A DNA stretch of 64,000 nt from Octopus sinensis (GCF_006345805.1 NC_043014.1:16058001-16122000), one strand, 5' to 3'. Numbered from the stretch's first letter, positions 46,452-60,485 are shown. The notes: generated by a model not told the origin, from the letters alone. Made by a program: numbers and translations.

Positions 46452-47390
46452 ATATATATATATATATATAATATATATAGTGTACTCTAGAAAAGTATAG
46501 AGTAACCCCTCAGATTAATGTGAAATTGTCTTTATTTTATTTTTAACTAAATGTAAGAACAAGCATTAACATGCACACGCGCGTGCACGCACACAAACAC
46601 ACACACATATGTAAGTGTATGGTCATTGTAAGATAATTTTCTTGCAGCAATTACAACGTAGGTAAATGAAATAAATGTTTGCAAAACCGTTTGAGCAACA
46701 CAAGTGAGGAGTCAAGTAAAATATGTAAGGCAATGTCAACGAATGGAAACAAGGAGAAAATATATTGTATTACCTTCGATAGGTTGTTTAATGATCCTAT
46801 AATATTTCGGGAAAAATACCTTTTTTCAAATAAAAAGAAATTAAAGCAAATGTTTGGAGATATGTGTTGCTATCGGTCGGCCATTGTAGACTGTTGGGCC
46901 TGTACGCCAACCGTGTTAAGAGTGGTGTAGTTGGTTGAATTTAGTAGTATAAGTAGCATTAGGTAATGTGGTAACAGTAGTAATAGTACGTGGATGAAAA
47001 AATTAGTGCAGGCATGTAAAAGGGTGATGACAAAGGTCACATTAACTGAACTTTAATGTGAGGTTATTCAGTAGGTAAAGTACTGTAAGAATTTCTTTAT
47101 TCAAACAGTGCGGATTTTATGACGCAGTGGGGTGTGATAAAATTTGTTGTTGTCACGTGGTGAATGTGTGTGACAAAACAGAAAGATGAGCAAAAATGAG
47201 GAGTTGTAAGGTAGGTGAAGTAGTTAAAATAATGCCAGTTTGTGCCATACATATATAGTGGAAGCCGCTTACTATAATCACCGATAAAACTAGCAATCGG
47301 TTATTGTGTCCCAAAGTAATCAAGTGGTCGAAATATGCCACTTCCACTCTCATACTCTTTGTATGTGTGTATACACAAACACGCAAGCAC

Positions 47391-47484
<94 letters not shown>

Positions 47485-47485
<1 letters not shown>

Positions 47486-48540
47486 AAAAAGAGGCCAAGG
47501 AAGAGCGAATGGCACTGCGAGTGTCGCGTTGCTCTCAAACAACTATGCCGTCCCGGGTCGACCATGAGCGACTTCAGTACAACCAAAGCATTCTATAGGG
47601 GATTAGTGGAGGGGAGGTACGACGACGATCTTGGGGCGAACCTGGGCGTTGTCGAGGAATACCTGATCCGCCTGTTCAAGACGACTTTCGAGCCGGGACC
47701 TATGGACAACTTCCAGAGATCCTTGGCCTGGCAGTGCTACCGAGAAGCGCTACCCGTTCGGGATAAGCTCTACAGACACGGCTCAGGAAACACGGGGCCA
47801 ACCTGCCCGAGATGCGGTCAGAGCGACAAAACAGTTCTGCACGCACTCGTGCAGTGTCCAACCATTTCCGACCTGTGGGCTTATGTCGAACGACTGCTCT
47901 CACGTGTGGGACGAGTCGGTTTATCAGCTGAGTCTATCGTCAATATCGTCACGCCTCCTTCATTCAAACGAGAAGAAAGGGCTATTTTCATCATACTTGT
48001 GGCTATGGCGAAAGAATATATCTGGTGGACGCGTCTGAAAGGATTAGAGACACACACTTTCCTCTCTGGTCAATCTCTCATCAACTTCTTCAAGTATCAC
48101 TTGAAAAAGAAAGTGAAAGTAGAGAGGCAAGTTTTGTCTAGCGAATGTTTAAAAAAAAGATGGGTGAATGTAGCAAGGATGGCACGTATGAATGACGAAG
48201 CCACCTTGAGCATAATCCTATGAACCCAGAAAATTTTAAAACAGAGTTACTTGCAAATAAATGTGTTAACATGTGACATTATTGACCGAGGTTACTGTGG
48301 TCTTTTCCGTAGGCTTTTCTTTCCACAGATAAACCTTATCTGTTTCCCCCTTGACACTTTACATCATGATATTTCTGTGATACACGATCTCTATTGATAA
48401 TTTTTTTCTCTCTTTTTACGATCCCTTTTGATCGAAAACCTACCCACCTTTTTCTTTTTTTTTTCCTCCCCAAAAAGAAAAGCTCTACTTTGTAATTTGT
48501 CCCCACTGTGTTCAGCCCTGTGTGGCTAATAAAGAAACAT
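47485..48540 (+). mobile_element. 5'-truncated Tx1/L1-clade LINE (ORF2 C-terminus with zf-RVT CCHC finger, plus 3'UTR)
   Basis: Open frame to the stop at 48223 with CPRCGQSDKTVLHALVQC and IWWTR; 3' end aataaagaaacat; (ATCT)n on both sides. Confidence 0.9.
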
Positions 48541-48556
48541 ATCTATCTATCTATCC

Positions 48557-48669
<113 letters not shown>

Positions 48670-49499
48670 CTTTGTTTCTGTCATTAGATTACGGCCATGC
48701 TGAAGAAGTTTAATCGAACGAATCGGCCATAGGTACTATTTTTTAAAGCCTGGTGCTTATTCCGTCGGTCTCTTTTGCCAAACTGCTAGTTTACGGAAAC
48801 GTATTTGGACGGTGGGGGTTATTATTCCGGCATGTCATGGTCTTAGTGCATAAAATTGTTTATCTTGTGTATTGATGTTACAAGTGAATGTGGGTAGGTA
48901 TAAAGGGTGTTGGCCTGTATGTTTCGGTCTAGGGGTTCCTTGTTCTGTAAGCATTTTGATTAACACGTGTTTGTGAGCTATACGTTTATAAATACTTCTT
49001 CAATTCTGCTTCGAGTGTGGGTATTTTAAAATATATTATAACAAACAGGAATTAACTTGTAAAGTAAAGAATCTGACCAGCTAAAACATGCCACTTCTTA
49101 CATTCATTTGAGATTATATAAAGCCAAGATTAACTTCAATACATCGCAGTCCGACGATGACTTAACTGGCTGACGCTTCGAAGTTACTGTCAATAATTTT
49201 CTTGTTTAAGAATAACAAATAAATATATTTATGTATGTATATGTACACTCATTTATAGATGTGTGCATGTATGTACATGTTTGTGTGTATGAGTGCCAAT
49301 GTGCATATGTGAATGTCTGTCGTTTCTTACTATTGAATCATGCTTGAATTACTTTCTCACTCAAAATTAGAGATGTTTAACTAACCCTACATTTAAATCC
49401 AGTGTCCGTGAACAATTGATTTATGGAAAGCATCACTTCACAATAGGGTTTTGTGTGTGAAACGAAATGTGCACAAATATATATGTTACTATTCAGCTT

Positions 49500-49985
49500 T
49501 ATTTCAAAATTTCCTACCGATAGAGAAAAAGTCAGTTTCTGACCTAGATCCATGGCTCCTTCATTGAAATCTCAACAACATCAACAGGTTACTTTTGTTT
49601 AAGTATATGTGAAGATCTGTATATTTTGTTTTATGCATGTCTTCTCATGCATATACTTGCATATCTAGACATGCACATTTATACTTAAATGATAAAATTC
49701 TGGAAAGCTTTACTGATTTTTACAGTTTTAGTGATGAATTGGATCTGTAGTCTTTGAATCAGTTTTCTCTTTTATGGTTTTGAGAATCCTACTTTCTCAA
49801 AATTGGTATTTAGGTAGTATGTTACATATCCCAGTTCCCCAATAATTACAGGTATAAACCTGAACTTGTAATCTGTATAGTGTATCTGCAGATTTCTCAA
49901 TAGTTCAGCGAATGTATTCTCTTTTTCACTGATCTTCAGCTTCATGTTAACATCCGCTAGTTTCTCTTCTCTATCCCAAATCATT
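49500..49985 (-). mobile_element. second R4/NeSL-like restriction-like endonuclease relic, 5'-truncated
   Basis: IMIWDREEK..DVNMKLKISEKENTFAELLRNLQIHYTDYKFRFIPVIIGELG is homologous to the 6.5-kb copy. The 3' boundary is approximate. Confidence 0.8.
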
Positions 49986-50382
49986 ATACGTATGTATGTA
50001 TGTATGTATGTATGTATGTATGTATGTATGTATGTATGTATGTATGTATGTATGTATGTATGTATGTATGTATGTATGCATGCATAAGTGTTTATACTTG
50101 TGTGTTTTTCTGTATTTGCGAACTTAAAACAGTTAGAGTGCTGGTTTTTAGTGTTATATATGTATATATGAATGCATATATGTCTATATATGTGTGTATA
50201 CATACATAGACATACATACACATAGGCACGGACACGTGTATATATATATATATTAGGGAGTATGGCTCCAAACTTACAGGAAAAAATTAGAGATAAAACC
50301 CACCTAATAGTGGTTTTATCTCTAATTCATATTTTATATATATATATGTATATTTATATATACGATTGGATATGTATATTTG

Positions 50383-50468
<86 letters not shown>

Positions 50469-50489
50469 ATATGTATGTATATATATATA

Positions 50490-50551
<62 letters not shown>

Positions 50552-50869
50552 TATTATTAATAAAGTGGCGAGCTGGCAGTATCATTAGTGCTCTGGACGA
50601 AATGTTTAGCAGTATTTCGCCCGTTGCTACGTTTTGATCTCAAATTCCGCCGAGGTCGAGTTTACCTTTCATCCTTTCGAGCTCGATAAAAGAAGTACCA
50701 GTTGAACACTTTGGTCAATTTAATTGACTCACCCCTCCCCCATAATTACTGCCCTTGTGGCAAAATTTGAAACCATTATTAAAAGAAATCATCATCACAG
50801 TTGAATGGTACTTGTGTTGGATTTAATAATGCAAAAAAAATAGATAAAGAAATAAAATAAAAATAAAAT

Positions 50870-51200
50870 AACAGCTTTGGTAAGCTCTTAATAAGAAGGT
50901 GTGGGGTGTACACCAAAGTATATTTCTCCTCCTATTTTTATTAGGTAATCGTGAGATTATTATGTTCGTGTTCCTGGTCTGTATCTGGCATCTAGTTTTC
51001 GCCCCCGAGGTTATCAATCATACGTGTGCAATTGCGTTTAGTGTTAGGTTGGGGTATATGCTCGATATAGTATTTGCTATGGAATAGAAGATTGGGAAGG
51101 GTGTTCCTTTCATTCTTCCTCCTGTGATCAATACGCATGTAACAACTCAACCCTCATGCTTGATTATATAAGTATCATAACCTGACCTGACACTAGTTGT
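50870..51200 (-). mobile_element. PLE RT-to-endonuclease linker relic
   Basis: NKNRRRNILWCTP resembles the PLE RKRNIIWFNPP motif. Confidence 0.45.
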
Positions 51201-51479
51201 TTGTCTGTTTACACGTGTATTCTATTACACATGTACCAACTCCATTGAAACACTGCCTATAGCCAATCGTCAATTGGGCTGTTATAACATCCTGTTGTAG
51301 CTGCAGGCTAAGTTGGAGTTTTAGGCAGCAAGTCAACATGAGCACTAATTGTATGTACCAATAATCTTGCGTCATAAGACATATCACCAGAATTTCGTGT
51401 GTGTGTGTGTGTGTGTGTGTAAACACGTACACGCACACATAATGTATAAATATATACACATACATACATGTATATATAT

Positions 51480-52030
51480 ATGGCTCATCATTTTATACAT
51501 ACATATATACATACGTACGTACGTACGTATGTATGTATGTATGTATGTATGTATGCATGCATGCATGCATGCATGTATGTATGTATGTATGCATGCATGC
51601 ATGTATGTATGTATGTATGTATGTATGTATGTATGTATGTATGTATGTATGTATGCATGCATGTATGTAGTGTATGTATGTATTGTATGTATGTATGTAT
51701 GTATGTATGCATGCATGTATGTATGTGTATGTATGTATGTATTATGTATGTATGTATGTATATGTATGCATGCATGCATGCATGTATGATGTATGTATGT
51801 ATGTATGTATGTATGTATGTATGCATGCATGTATGTATGTAGTATGTATGTATGTATGCATGCATACATGCATGCATGCATGTATGTAGTATGTATGTAT
51901 GTATGTATGTATATGTATTATGTATGTATGATGCATGCATGCATGCATGCATGCATGTATGTATGTATGTATGTATGTATGTATGTATGTATGTATGTAT
52001 GTATGTATGCATGCATGCATGCATGCATGT
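51480..52030. repeat. about 550-bp compound (TATG)n/(CATG)n array
   Basis: Read directly from the sequence. Confidence 0.95.
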
Positions 52031-52429
52031 AAGAGAATTCCAAGGCGAGCTGATGCAAACACAATTGGGTTGCATACATACACACATATATACATAATTA
52101 TATATTACTCTTTTATTTGTTTCAGTCATTTGACTGCGGCCATGCTGGAGCACCGCCTTTAGTCGAGCAAATCGAGCCCAGAACTTATTCTTTGTAAGCC
52201 TAGTGTTTATTCTATCGGTCTCTCCCGCTCTCTCTATATATATGGTGGTTGTCTACTCCTTATGCAGAGTTTGACCACCTCCTGAACCTACACCTTAGAT
52301 CCATCATGGCATCTGATCTGATTTTTTAAACCAGATAATGTTTTGAAAAGAACTCACATAGATTGCATATTAGATTTGGACTACCAACAGCTGCTGATAA
52401 GTTCTGATCTTTGTGGATCTTAAAACGCC

Positions 52430-52810
52430 TTTTGAAGCCTCCGTTAGACTGGCAAACCTGGTATACATTGCATTGAAAGGTGTGCACAGACATATAGACA
52501 GAATAGTTGGCGGAAATTCATTTTCCATGGGTTCGCAAATGAGATTTGAGCCCAACAAAAGAAAATCACGGTCTGTCACAAACTGCACACAAAAAGATCA
52601 TTGTGATTCACCTTCTCGACCGTAACATTCTTCTTTAAATCTCTCTTAAGTCTTGCAGTTATTATCCTGGCCTCTTCAAACGCTTTCACTCCACTCCACA
52701 CCATCCAGATCGATCCGTAGCAAGGGTTTCTATGTCCTCTGGATCCATTCCAAGTGACTTCATAGTAGTTCTTACGCCGTCCTTAAACCAGTCAACAAAC
52801 GGTGAAATGG
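52430..52810 (-). mobile_element. RTE-clade LINE 3' relic
   Basis: FKDGVRTTMKSLGMDPEDIETLATDRSGW, followed by a decayed zinc-finger-like region. Confidence 0.65.
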
Positions 52811-53439
52811 CTCGTCAGAAAACTACCCTCAAAATTATAGAAGGACTGTGTTTAGATTCATATATTACTCTTTAGATAAGCTTTTTTATTCTATTCATTT
52901 CAGTTGTTCTGATTCCCCCTGTGTTGTGCATAACACGCATAGACATATGGGAAACCATTTTTCTTTAGGTATGTTACTCTGAATACACGAACATGCCCTT
53001 GTTTTATGATTTTACTCAGGTTTTTGATATTTTCGTATGAGAATGTTGCAGTTTGGGATTGTAAGGACATTAAATCTAGATCTTCATATTCTCATCTTCA
53101 GGATGATATGATGTTGGAATGTGTCTTTATCTCTTTAAAGGCAGGTGAGTCAATATTATTTTACAAAAAATGATATTACGTGTATCAAAGCATTCGTAAT
53201 TTGAAAAAGACGAATATATATCTAAAATATTGATAAATTAAAAAAATAAATTATTAAGAAGCTTAAATAAATTTTTTAAAATTGATAAATAAGACAAATG
53301 CAGAAGGATTCAGAAGGATGATGCCTCTCAAATAAAAGTTAAACTAAATCAACAAATTATTGTGATAATCGTGCACATAAGAGCCCCTAAGTTTCGTCTG
53401 CTTTGGTGAAGTCACTCCAGTAGCTGTTTACAAGCAAAG

Positions 53440-53650
53440 AATTTGTTTCCGGACTATATCTTCAATAAATGTACCAACACATGAGATCGCTAAACTACTA
53501 GGCAACCCCACCAGACAATACATACCTTTGAGATAAATATGATGTCAACTAAAGAGTTCTTATAAATGTTAGAAAAAAAACCCAAGTCGGCAACATCTTG
53601 TAGAAGGTCTTTTTATCAACGTTGCATCCCAGTGGAAGAAATAATGCATG
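53440..53650 (+). mobile_element. PLE reverse transcriptase relic
   Basis: FRTISSINVPTHEIAKLL resembles the PLE motif RPIISxxxxPTxxxAKxL. Confidence 0.55.
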
Positions 53651-54183
53651 TAAATATCAAAAAAATAAAACCAGACACCATATATACTAATATGTATAAA
53701 ATGTTATTAGTGTGTTATACAACAGAAGTTCTCTGTTGCTGTTTACAAGGTTAATTATGTAAGCAGATTGAGTAGCCTTGATTTCTTCCTTAGGACCCAA
53801 TATGCGGAGCTCTGCGTGATCTCGATGGGAAGTAAAGTGGCATTAAGACATAAGTGTATGATACATACCAGTTAAGTTTAGGACATTTTTTTGTTGCAAT
53901 GATCATGCTGAAAGATATCGAGTAACATTGGAAAGACTTAAAAGACAACTCTTTGCTAAAATTCAACTGGGCATGGCAAAGAATAGACCCGGAGTTTCGT
54001 CTACGTGTCGTAAGAGACGACTAAAAGAGGTTGAGGTAGGACTTGTACTCCGATCTCGTTAAAACGCTCACCAGTAACCTCCGCGGGTCGAAAGGTTGTC
54101 GCCAGGAATAGGGAATTACCAACAAGAGGTAGATGTAGCGATGCGCTGTTACAGCGCATGTCCCCATACTGCTGCTGCTGCTG

Positions 54184-54261
<78 letters not shown>

Positions 54262-55399
54262 GCAATTTCTATTGCGAGCGAGAATGCTGTAAACTTCATG
54301 ATACCTATATTCACTTACAACAAAGAGCAATTGCAATGCAGTACACTATATATACCACAAAGCTAGATTAGAAAAAAATAGCGGACAATACGACTATATT
54401 CTACAGAATTTAATACAAAAATAGACGATTAATGATGAAAGCACTTTTCACAGCACAGTGCTAATATAAACACGCAGACAAAGGTACACAGACGCAAACA
54501 AAAATAAATACCGAATGAGTGGCGTATAAATCTACCGATCGAAATACAAAATCTTGTGGTAATGTCAATACTAGTTACGTTGGTTTTGCTCACTTTAAAG
54601 AAGTAGCAACATACACCATTACTTCATCCAGAAAATGAAAATATGAAGGTTTAGAAACGTTGATCATGGATTTAGGAACCTTACTCTGGTATACAAACTC
54701 CAAAGCAGTCGTACGAAAATATGAAAAAAACAACAACCCAAAAACAAAAACAGAACAAGAAAAACCTCTTCATAAAAGAGACGACTGTCATATAATGACC
54801 TGGTTCTCCGTCGGTTATAGCGATGAGTGTCCCAGTTGATTCGATCAGCCGATCAGCCTGCTCGTGAAATTTACGTGCAAGTGGCTGAGCACACCACAGA
54901 TACGCGTACCCTTAACATAGTTCTCAGGGAGATCCAGCGTGACACAGAATGTGAGAAGGCTGGCCCTTTGAATTACAGGCACAACTCATTTTTTACCAAC
55001 TGAATGGACTGTCGCAACGATAAATAAAGTGTCTTGCTCAAGGACACAACGCACCGCCGGGAATCGAACTCGTGACATTACGATCGTGAGCCGAATACCC
55101 TAACTTCATATGTTTTCTGTCATGTATACGCGCGCGCACACACACACACAGATCCGTTTGAAAAATAGTGCTACTCTAGGGTGCGGATAGAAGCGGCCAT
55201 GTGGATTAGAGAAGGAGCGGCAGCTTCTCTGACCAAGTATTAATACGTACTGCATATAATTTGTCTTTGAGAACGAAGTGCAAGAAAGATTGCAGAACTG
55301 CACCAAAAAGATTACGTGTTACCAAACTAAAAATAACCACGAAGTGCAATGTGAACTTACTGTGAATAACCTGACAGAGAAACATGTTAACCGACATAG

Positions 55400-55780
55400 C
55401 ACAATTCGATGCTAACTGGGAGCAGCTGGATGAAGAAATTTACAAAACAGCTGCTGAACTGATTTGCCTGCCCAAGCATAAGCATGCCTGCTAGTTTTAT
55501 GATAACGGTGCGAAAATACAACACCTGTTATCTGGAAAACGTACGTACCACCAAACTATTCTAAATGAAATACACGGCAAGTTTTCGTGTATTTCGGAGC
55601 TCCAATGGTCTTATTTTGCACCTTGTGAAAAATCTAAGAAAACGTTAACAGGAAAAGGTTCATCGATTTTATGAAAGCTTTCGATTGTGTAGAAGGAAAA
55701 GAGTTATGGATGCAACTAAAAAAATGTAATTGTCCGGATCCGGATGAATTTGTGAATATAGTCAGATTATTTTACAATAT
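55400..55780 (+). mobile_element. RTE-clade LINE fragments, internally deleted
   Basis: WEQLDEEIYKTAAELI..KH..*FYDN and FIDFMKAFDCV...LW..L.K..CP...VNIVRLFY. Confidence 0.7.
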
Positions 55781-55791
55781 ATGTCACGACT

Positions 55792-56390
55792 AAGGCGGCG
55801 AGCTGGCAGAAACGTTAGCACGCCGGGCGAAATGCTTAGCGGTATTTCGTCTGCCGCTACGTTCCGAGTTCAAATTCCGCCGAGGTCGACTTTGCCTTTC
55901 ATCCTTTCGGGGTCGATAAATTAAGTACCAGTTATGCACTGGAGTTGATGTAATCGACTTAATCCCTTTGTCTGTCCTTGTTTGTCCACTCTATGTTTAG
56001 CCCCTTGTGGGTAGTAAAGAAATAGGTATTTCGTCTGTCATTACGTTCTGTGTTCAAATTCCACCGAGGTCGACTTTGTCTTTCATCCTTTCGGGGTCGA
56101 TAAATTAAGTACCAGTTACGTACTGGGGTCAATGCAATCGGCTTAATCCCTTTGTCCTTATTTGTCCCCTTTATGTTTAGCCCCTTGTGGGCAATAAAGA
56201 AATAAGAAACGTTAGCGCGCCGGGCAAAATGCTTAGCGGTATTTCGTCTGTTTTTACATTCCATCTTCAAATTCCGCCAAGGTCGGCTTTGCCTTTCATC
56301 CTTTCGGGTCGATAAATTAAGCGCCAGTTGTGTACTGGGGTCGATCTCATCGACTGGCCCCCTTCCCAAAAATTTCGGGCCTTGAACCTT
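55792..56390 (+). mobile_element. trimeric SINE family A array with Tx1-like tails between units
   Basis: Three SINE bodies; tails at 55981-56022 and 56161-56202. Confidence 0.9.
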
Positions 56391-57081
56391 GAGTAGGAAA
56401 GGACATATGTCACGATTTCTGACAACTCGGCCTCTTTTCCGATTTGTCTTGGATCCTGTACACAGCTATGCTGTGTACATGCTCCAACGTTATTTGCGAT
56501 ATTTCTGGGTAGGATGCATGGACATATGAGGAATAAGTTGACGGGTTGGAAACATAGGAGTATTCGCGTAAATGGATGGTGGATTGTTAAACATGCATAG
56601 ACGAAGATACGCGCGGGGGGAGCTGTGATATGGGTGGCATGATATGGAAAAGGGAAAAGGAAATAGGAAGATTAAAATAAGAGTAAGAATTATATCAAGT
56701 GAGGAAATTAAAGTCAATCGGCAGGCTGAGGAGATGGATACAGAGAGGAAACTGAGAGAGATGAACAGGGAAATATAGGTATACGAATATAGATATAAAT
56801 ACACAGATATTGATAGGTAACGAAACACATAATACATAAATATTATATATCTGGGTGTATGTGTGTGCATATGTATGTATAATTATGTACATGCTAATCA
56901 CAAAAAAAAAAATTAAAAATCAGCTGAAAGCTTTGCGATTATTTGTAAAATATTATAATGAAAGAGTAACTATTTACTTATACGAGTATGCACACATACA
57001 TGCATACGTACATACATACATACATACATACATACATACATACATACATACATACATACATACATACATACAATGTATATA

Positions 57082-57132
<51 letters not shown>

Positions 57133-57278
57133 TAAATTAGAGATTTACATTAATATTTACATTATAGTCGATTTGGATATAATCATATTTGATAATAGAG
57201 TTTATTATAAGTAAAATTATTATATTATATATATTATTTATATCTTAAAAATATTGATTATATTTTAGATATTTAAAC

Positions 57279-57342
57279 CACCTGAAGAATGACTGTAACT
57301 CGAAAATTTTAAGAATTGAACAGCCATGAAACGATCGTAGTG
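57279..57342 (+). ncRNA. type I hammerhead ribozyme candidate with a canonical core, in a PLE terminal-repeat-like segment (about 57230-57555)
   Basis: Stem I cac/gtg; CTGAAGA; stem II atgactgt/acagccat (7/8); GAAA; palindromic stem III ACGATCGT; GUA cleavage triplet. Confidence 0.7.
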
Positions 57343-57707
57343 TTATATTAATTATCTTTTTTAATAATTTGATATAAATTTAAATAATATAAATTAATTA
57401 ATCTTATGTATTGGCTTATGTTTTTCATTGTATGATTTGCCTAATAGTGGTTTTATCTCCAATTTAATATAATATAATATTTTACTATAAAATTGGATTC
57501 AATCCTAAATCTGATTTTTCCCTGTAAGTTTGGATTTATTCCCTAATATTTTATTATATATATATATATATATAGGTTCCCCTTCGCCTATGAGGTCGGT
57601 TGCTGGGCGCAGGACTAGGTCCCGGGGAGGTGACTGCGGTCACCGAACGTAGACGCCCTGGTGCGCGGCCACAAAAAATACATCCAGGTCCGCCGCTGGG
57701 GTCTCTG

Positions 57708-57760
<53 letters not shown>

Positions 57761-58280
57761 TATATATATAATATATATATATATATTATATATATATATA
57801 ATATATATATATTTGTGTATGCAAGTATGTATAATCATTACCATTTTATACACTCACATGAAATAAAATTCTCTTTACGTTAGCTGAATGACCGGTGGCA
57901 AACGATTTAATACATACATGTATACTGCACATTATGCAATGTGCCTATGGCACTGAGCGAACTTCTGAACTCATCCTGGTTTTTTGACACGATTTTTAAT
58001 GTAATCCGCCGCTCCTCGAACCACAGGTTCAACATCTTTGAGCATTAGCGTTTACAAAGTGAGGTTGAAACGCACGGGATAATTTTGCCTGTCTACCATA
58101 ACGATAGTAATTAACTGAATTATCAATTAAAGCATAGATCAGTGTTTTAATAATGGGCCTAAATTAGCGTTTTTATAAGAGTATGAAATTTTCAACGTTG
58201 TGTATTTTCAATTATGTATCATTAGTTGGGTTGAACACTGCATACCTTTCTTTCTTATACAGCCAAAGGGCATATTGCTG

Positions 58281-58404
<124 letters not shown>

Positions 58405-58474
58405 GCCTGTCTGTGTCTTTCTGTTTATCTATCTATTTATCTATCTATCTGTCTATCTACCTATACATATATAT

Positions 58475-58512
<38 letters not shown>

Positions 58513-59609
58513 ATATATATGTATGTATCTATGCATGTATGTATGTATGTATGTATGTATGTATGTATGTATGTATGTATGTATGTGTTTGTGAGTGTAT
58601 GTATGTATATATATGCATATATGTATATGTATGTCTCTTCTATTTTTTAATTATTATAAAAAATTGAAAGGATATACATATATATGTATGTATGCATGCG
58701 TGTATATATGTACGAGATTGAGAACGAAGGCTGAGAAAGATATATCAGATAATAGGAAAGTGCAGAGATGATGCAACGAATAAAAACAAACGAATAAGTA
58801 AAAAACAAAAAAGGTGCAAATTATTTTCAAATAATTCCTTTTTGTATACGCAAAACAAGAAACAACACAATCAGCAGCCAGGAAAAGTTCAAGTAAAATA
58901 GAAAACTTAAACAGAAAAGAGGGCGAAGTTTGAAAAGAAGGTTAGGTGTAGGAAAAAAGGGTAAAAAAGACCTAAGAATGAGAAAATAGGAAAATGTAAA
59001 AACAAATAATTAAAAGGGAGAAAGTAATTTGATGTTAATATTTAATAAACACTCGTCTGTCTTTATGTTCTGAGTTCAAATTCCGTCCAAGTCGACTTTG
59101 CCTTTCATCCTTCGATAAATAAAGTACCAGTTATGTACACGAGTCGATCTAATCGACTGGCCCCCCAGTCATAAATGTGTGTGTATGTATGTATGTATGT
59201 ATGTATGTATGTATGTATGTATGTATGTATGTGTGAATGAATGTATGTATGTATGTATGTATCTATATTATATAATTATATTATATTATATTATATAATG
59301 AATGTATGCATGTTTTATCACAATTATACAATAAAGTGATATAACTATTTGCTTATCTGTCTCTTCTCAGTTCTTCCCTCCCTTCTCTGTCTTTCTTTCA
59401 GTCCTCTCTCTGCCTGTCTCTCTCTCTTCTTCTCTCTCTCTCTCTTTCTCGCTCTTTCTCTCTCTTTCTTTATGAAGTTAAACAGTTTTACTCACATATT
59501 TCTGTATTTCAGAAAGAGTGAATTCAACTCAGCCTGAATATGATGAACAGACATGGCTAGCATAGAAAAGACGAAAAGTTTATATAGGATAGGTGAGGAG
59601 ATAGACGAC

Positions 59610-59644
<35 letters not shown>

Positions 59645-60133
59645 GGAGAGAGAGAGAAAGAAAGAGGGAGAAATATGAATGAACGGCAGATACTAAGAGG
59701 TGTGGTGAGAGAGAATGAAAGAAAGAGAGAGTGGGATAGGGATAGATAGAGAGGGTGAAAAGGAAGATAAATTAATCGAACTACTTAATAAAAGGACAGA
59801 AAAATAAAATGTTGTGATACTATACACATGTTTGTATATACGTTGGGCGGTTATCGTGTTGGTGATAATGGTAGTATGCTGTTGTATGTAATGTATGTAT
59901 GTATGTATGTATGTATGTATGTCTGTATGTCTGTATTATGTATGTATGTATCTATATATATATCTATATATATTATTCTATATCATATATATATCTATAT
60001 ATTATATATATATTATATATATATATATATATAATATATATATATATATGGCGTATTGGTCGGCCCGGGCTATAGTTGAGACGCTTGTCCAACGAATAGC
60101 ACGGGAGGACTGAACCATGCCTAAGGTGTATAT

Positions 60134-60231
<98 letters not shown>

Positions 60232-60401
60232 TTATATTGTAAAGGAATATATAATATGTGTGTGTATATATATTACACACAACATATATATATATTCCTT
60301 TAAATCAAAGGTGGAGAAATGGCGTACTCCGAATAAGAGTTATGGAATATTTCTTCTACAGCTCGAACTTTGGAGCTTGAATTTATACATACATACATAC
60401 A

Positions 60402-60435
<34 letters not shown>

Positions 60436-60451
60436 CATACATACATATACA

Positions 60452-60485
<34 letters not shown>

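Noticed and set aside
47306-47484. N-terminal part of the 305-aa ORF
   Set aside because: It is read-through of (ATCT)n; only 47485-48223 is LINE-derived, and it is not a host gene.
51349-52162. Many ORFs of the YIHT/MYVC/IYIY/LSIY type here and throughout the window
   Set aside because: They are artefacts of stop-free microsatellites: (TACA)n, (TA)n, (ATCT)n and (CA)n.
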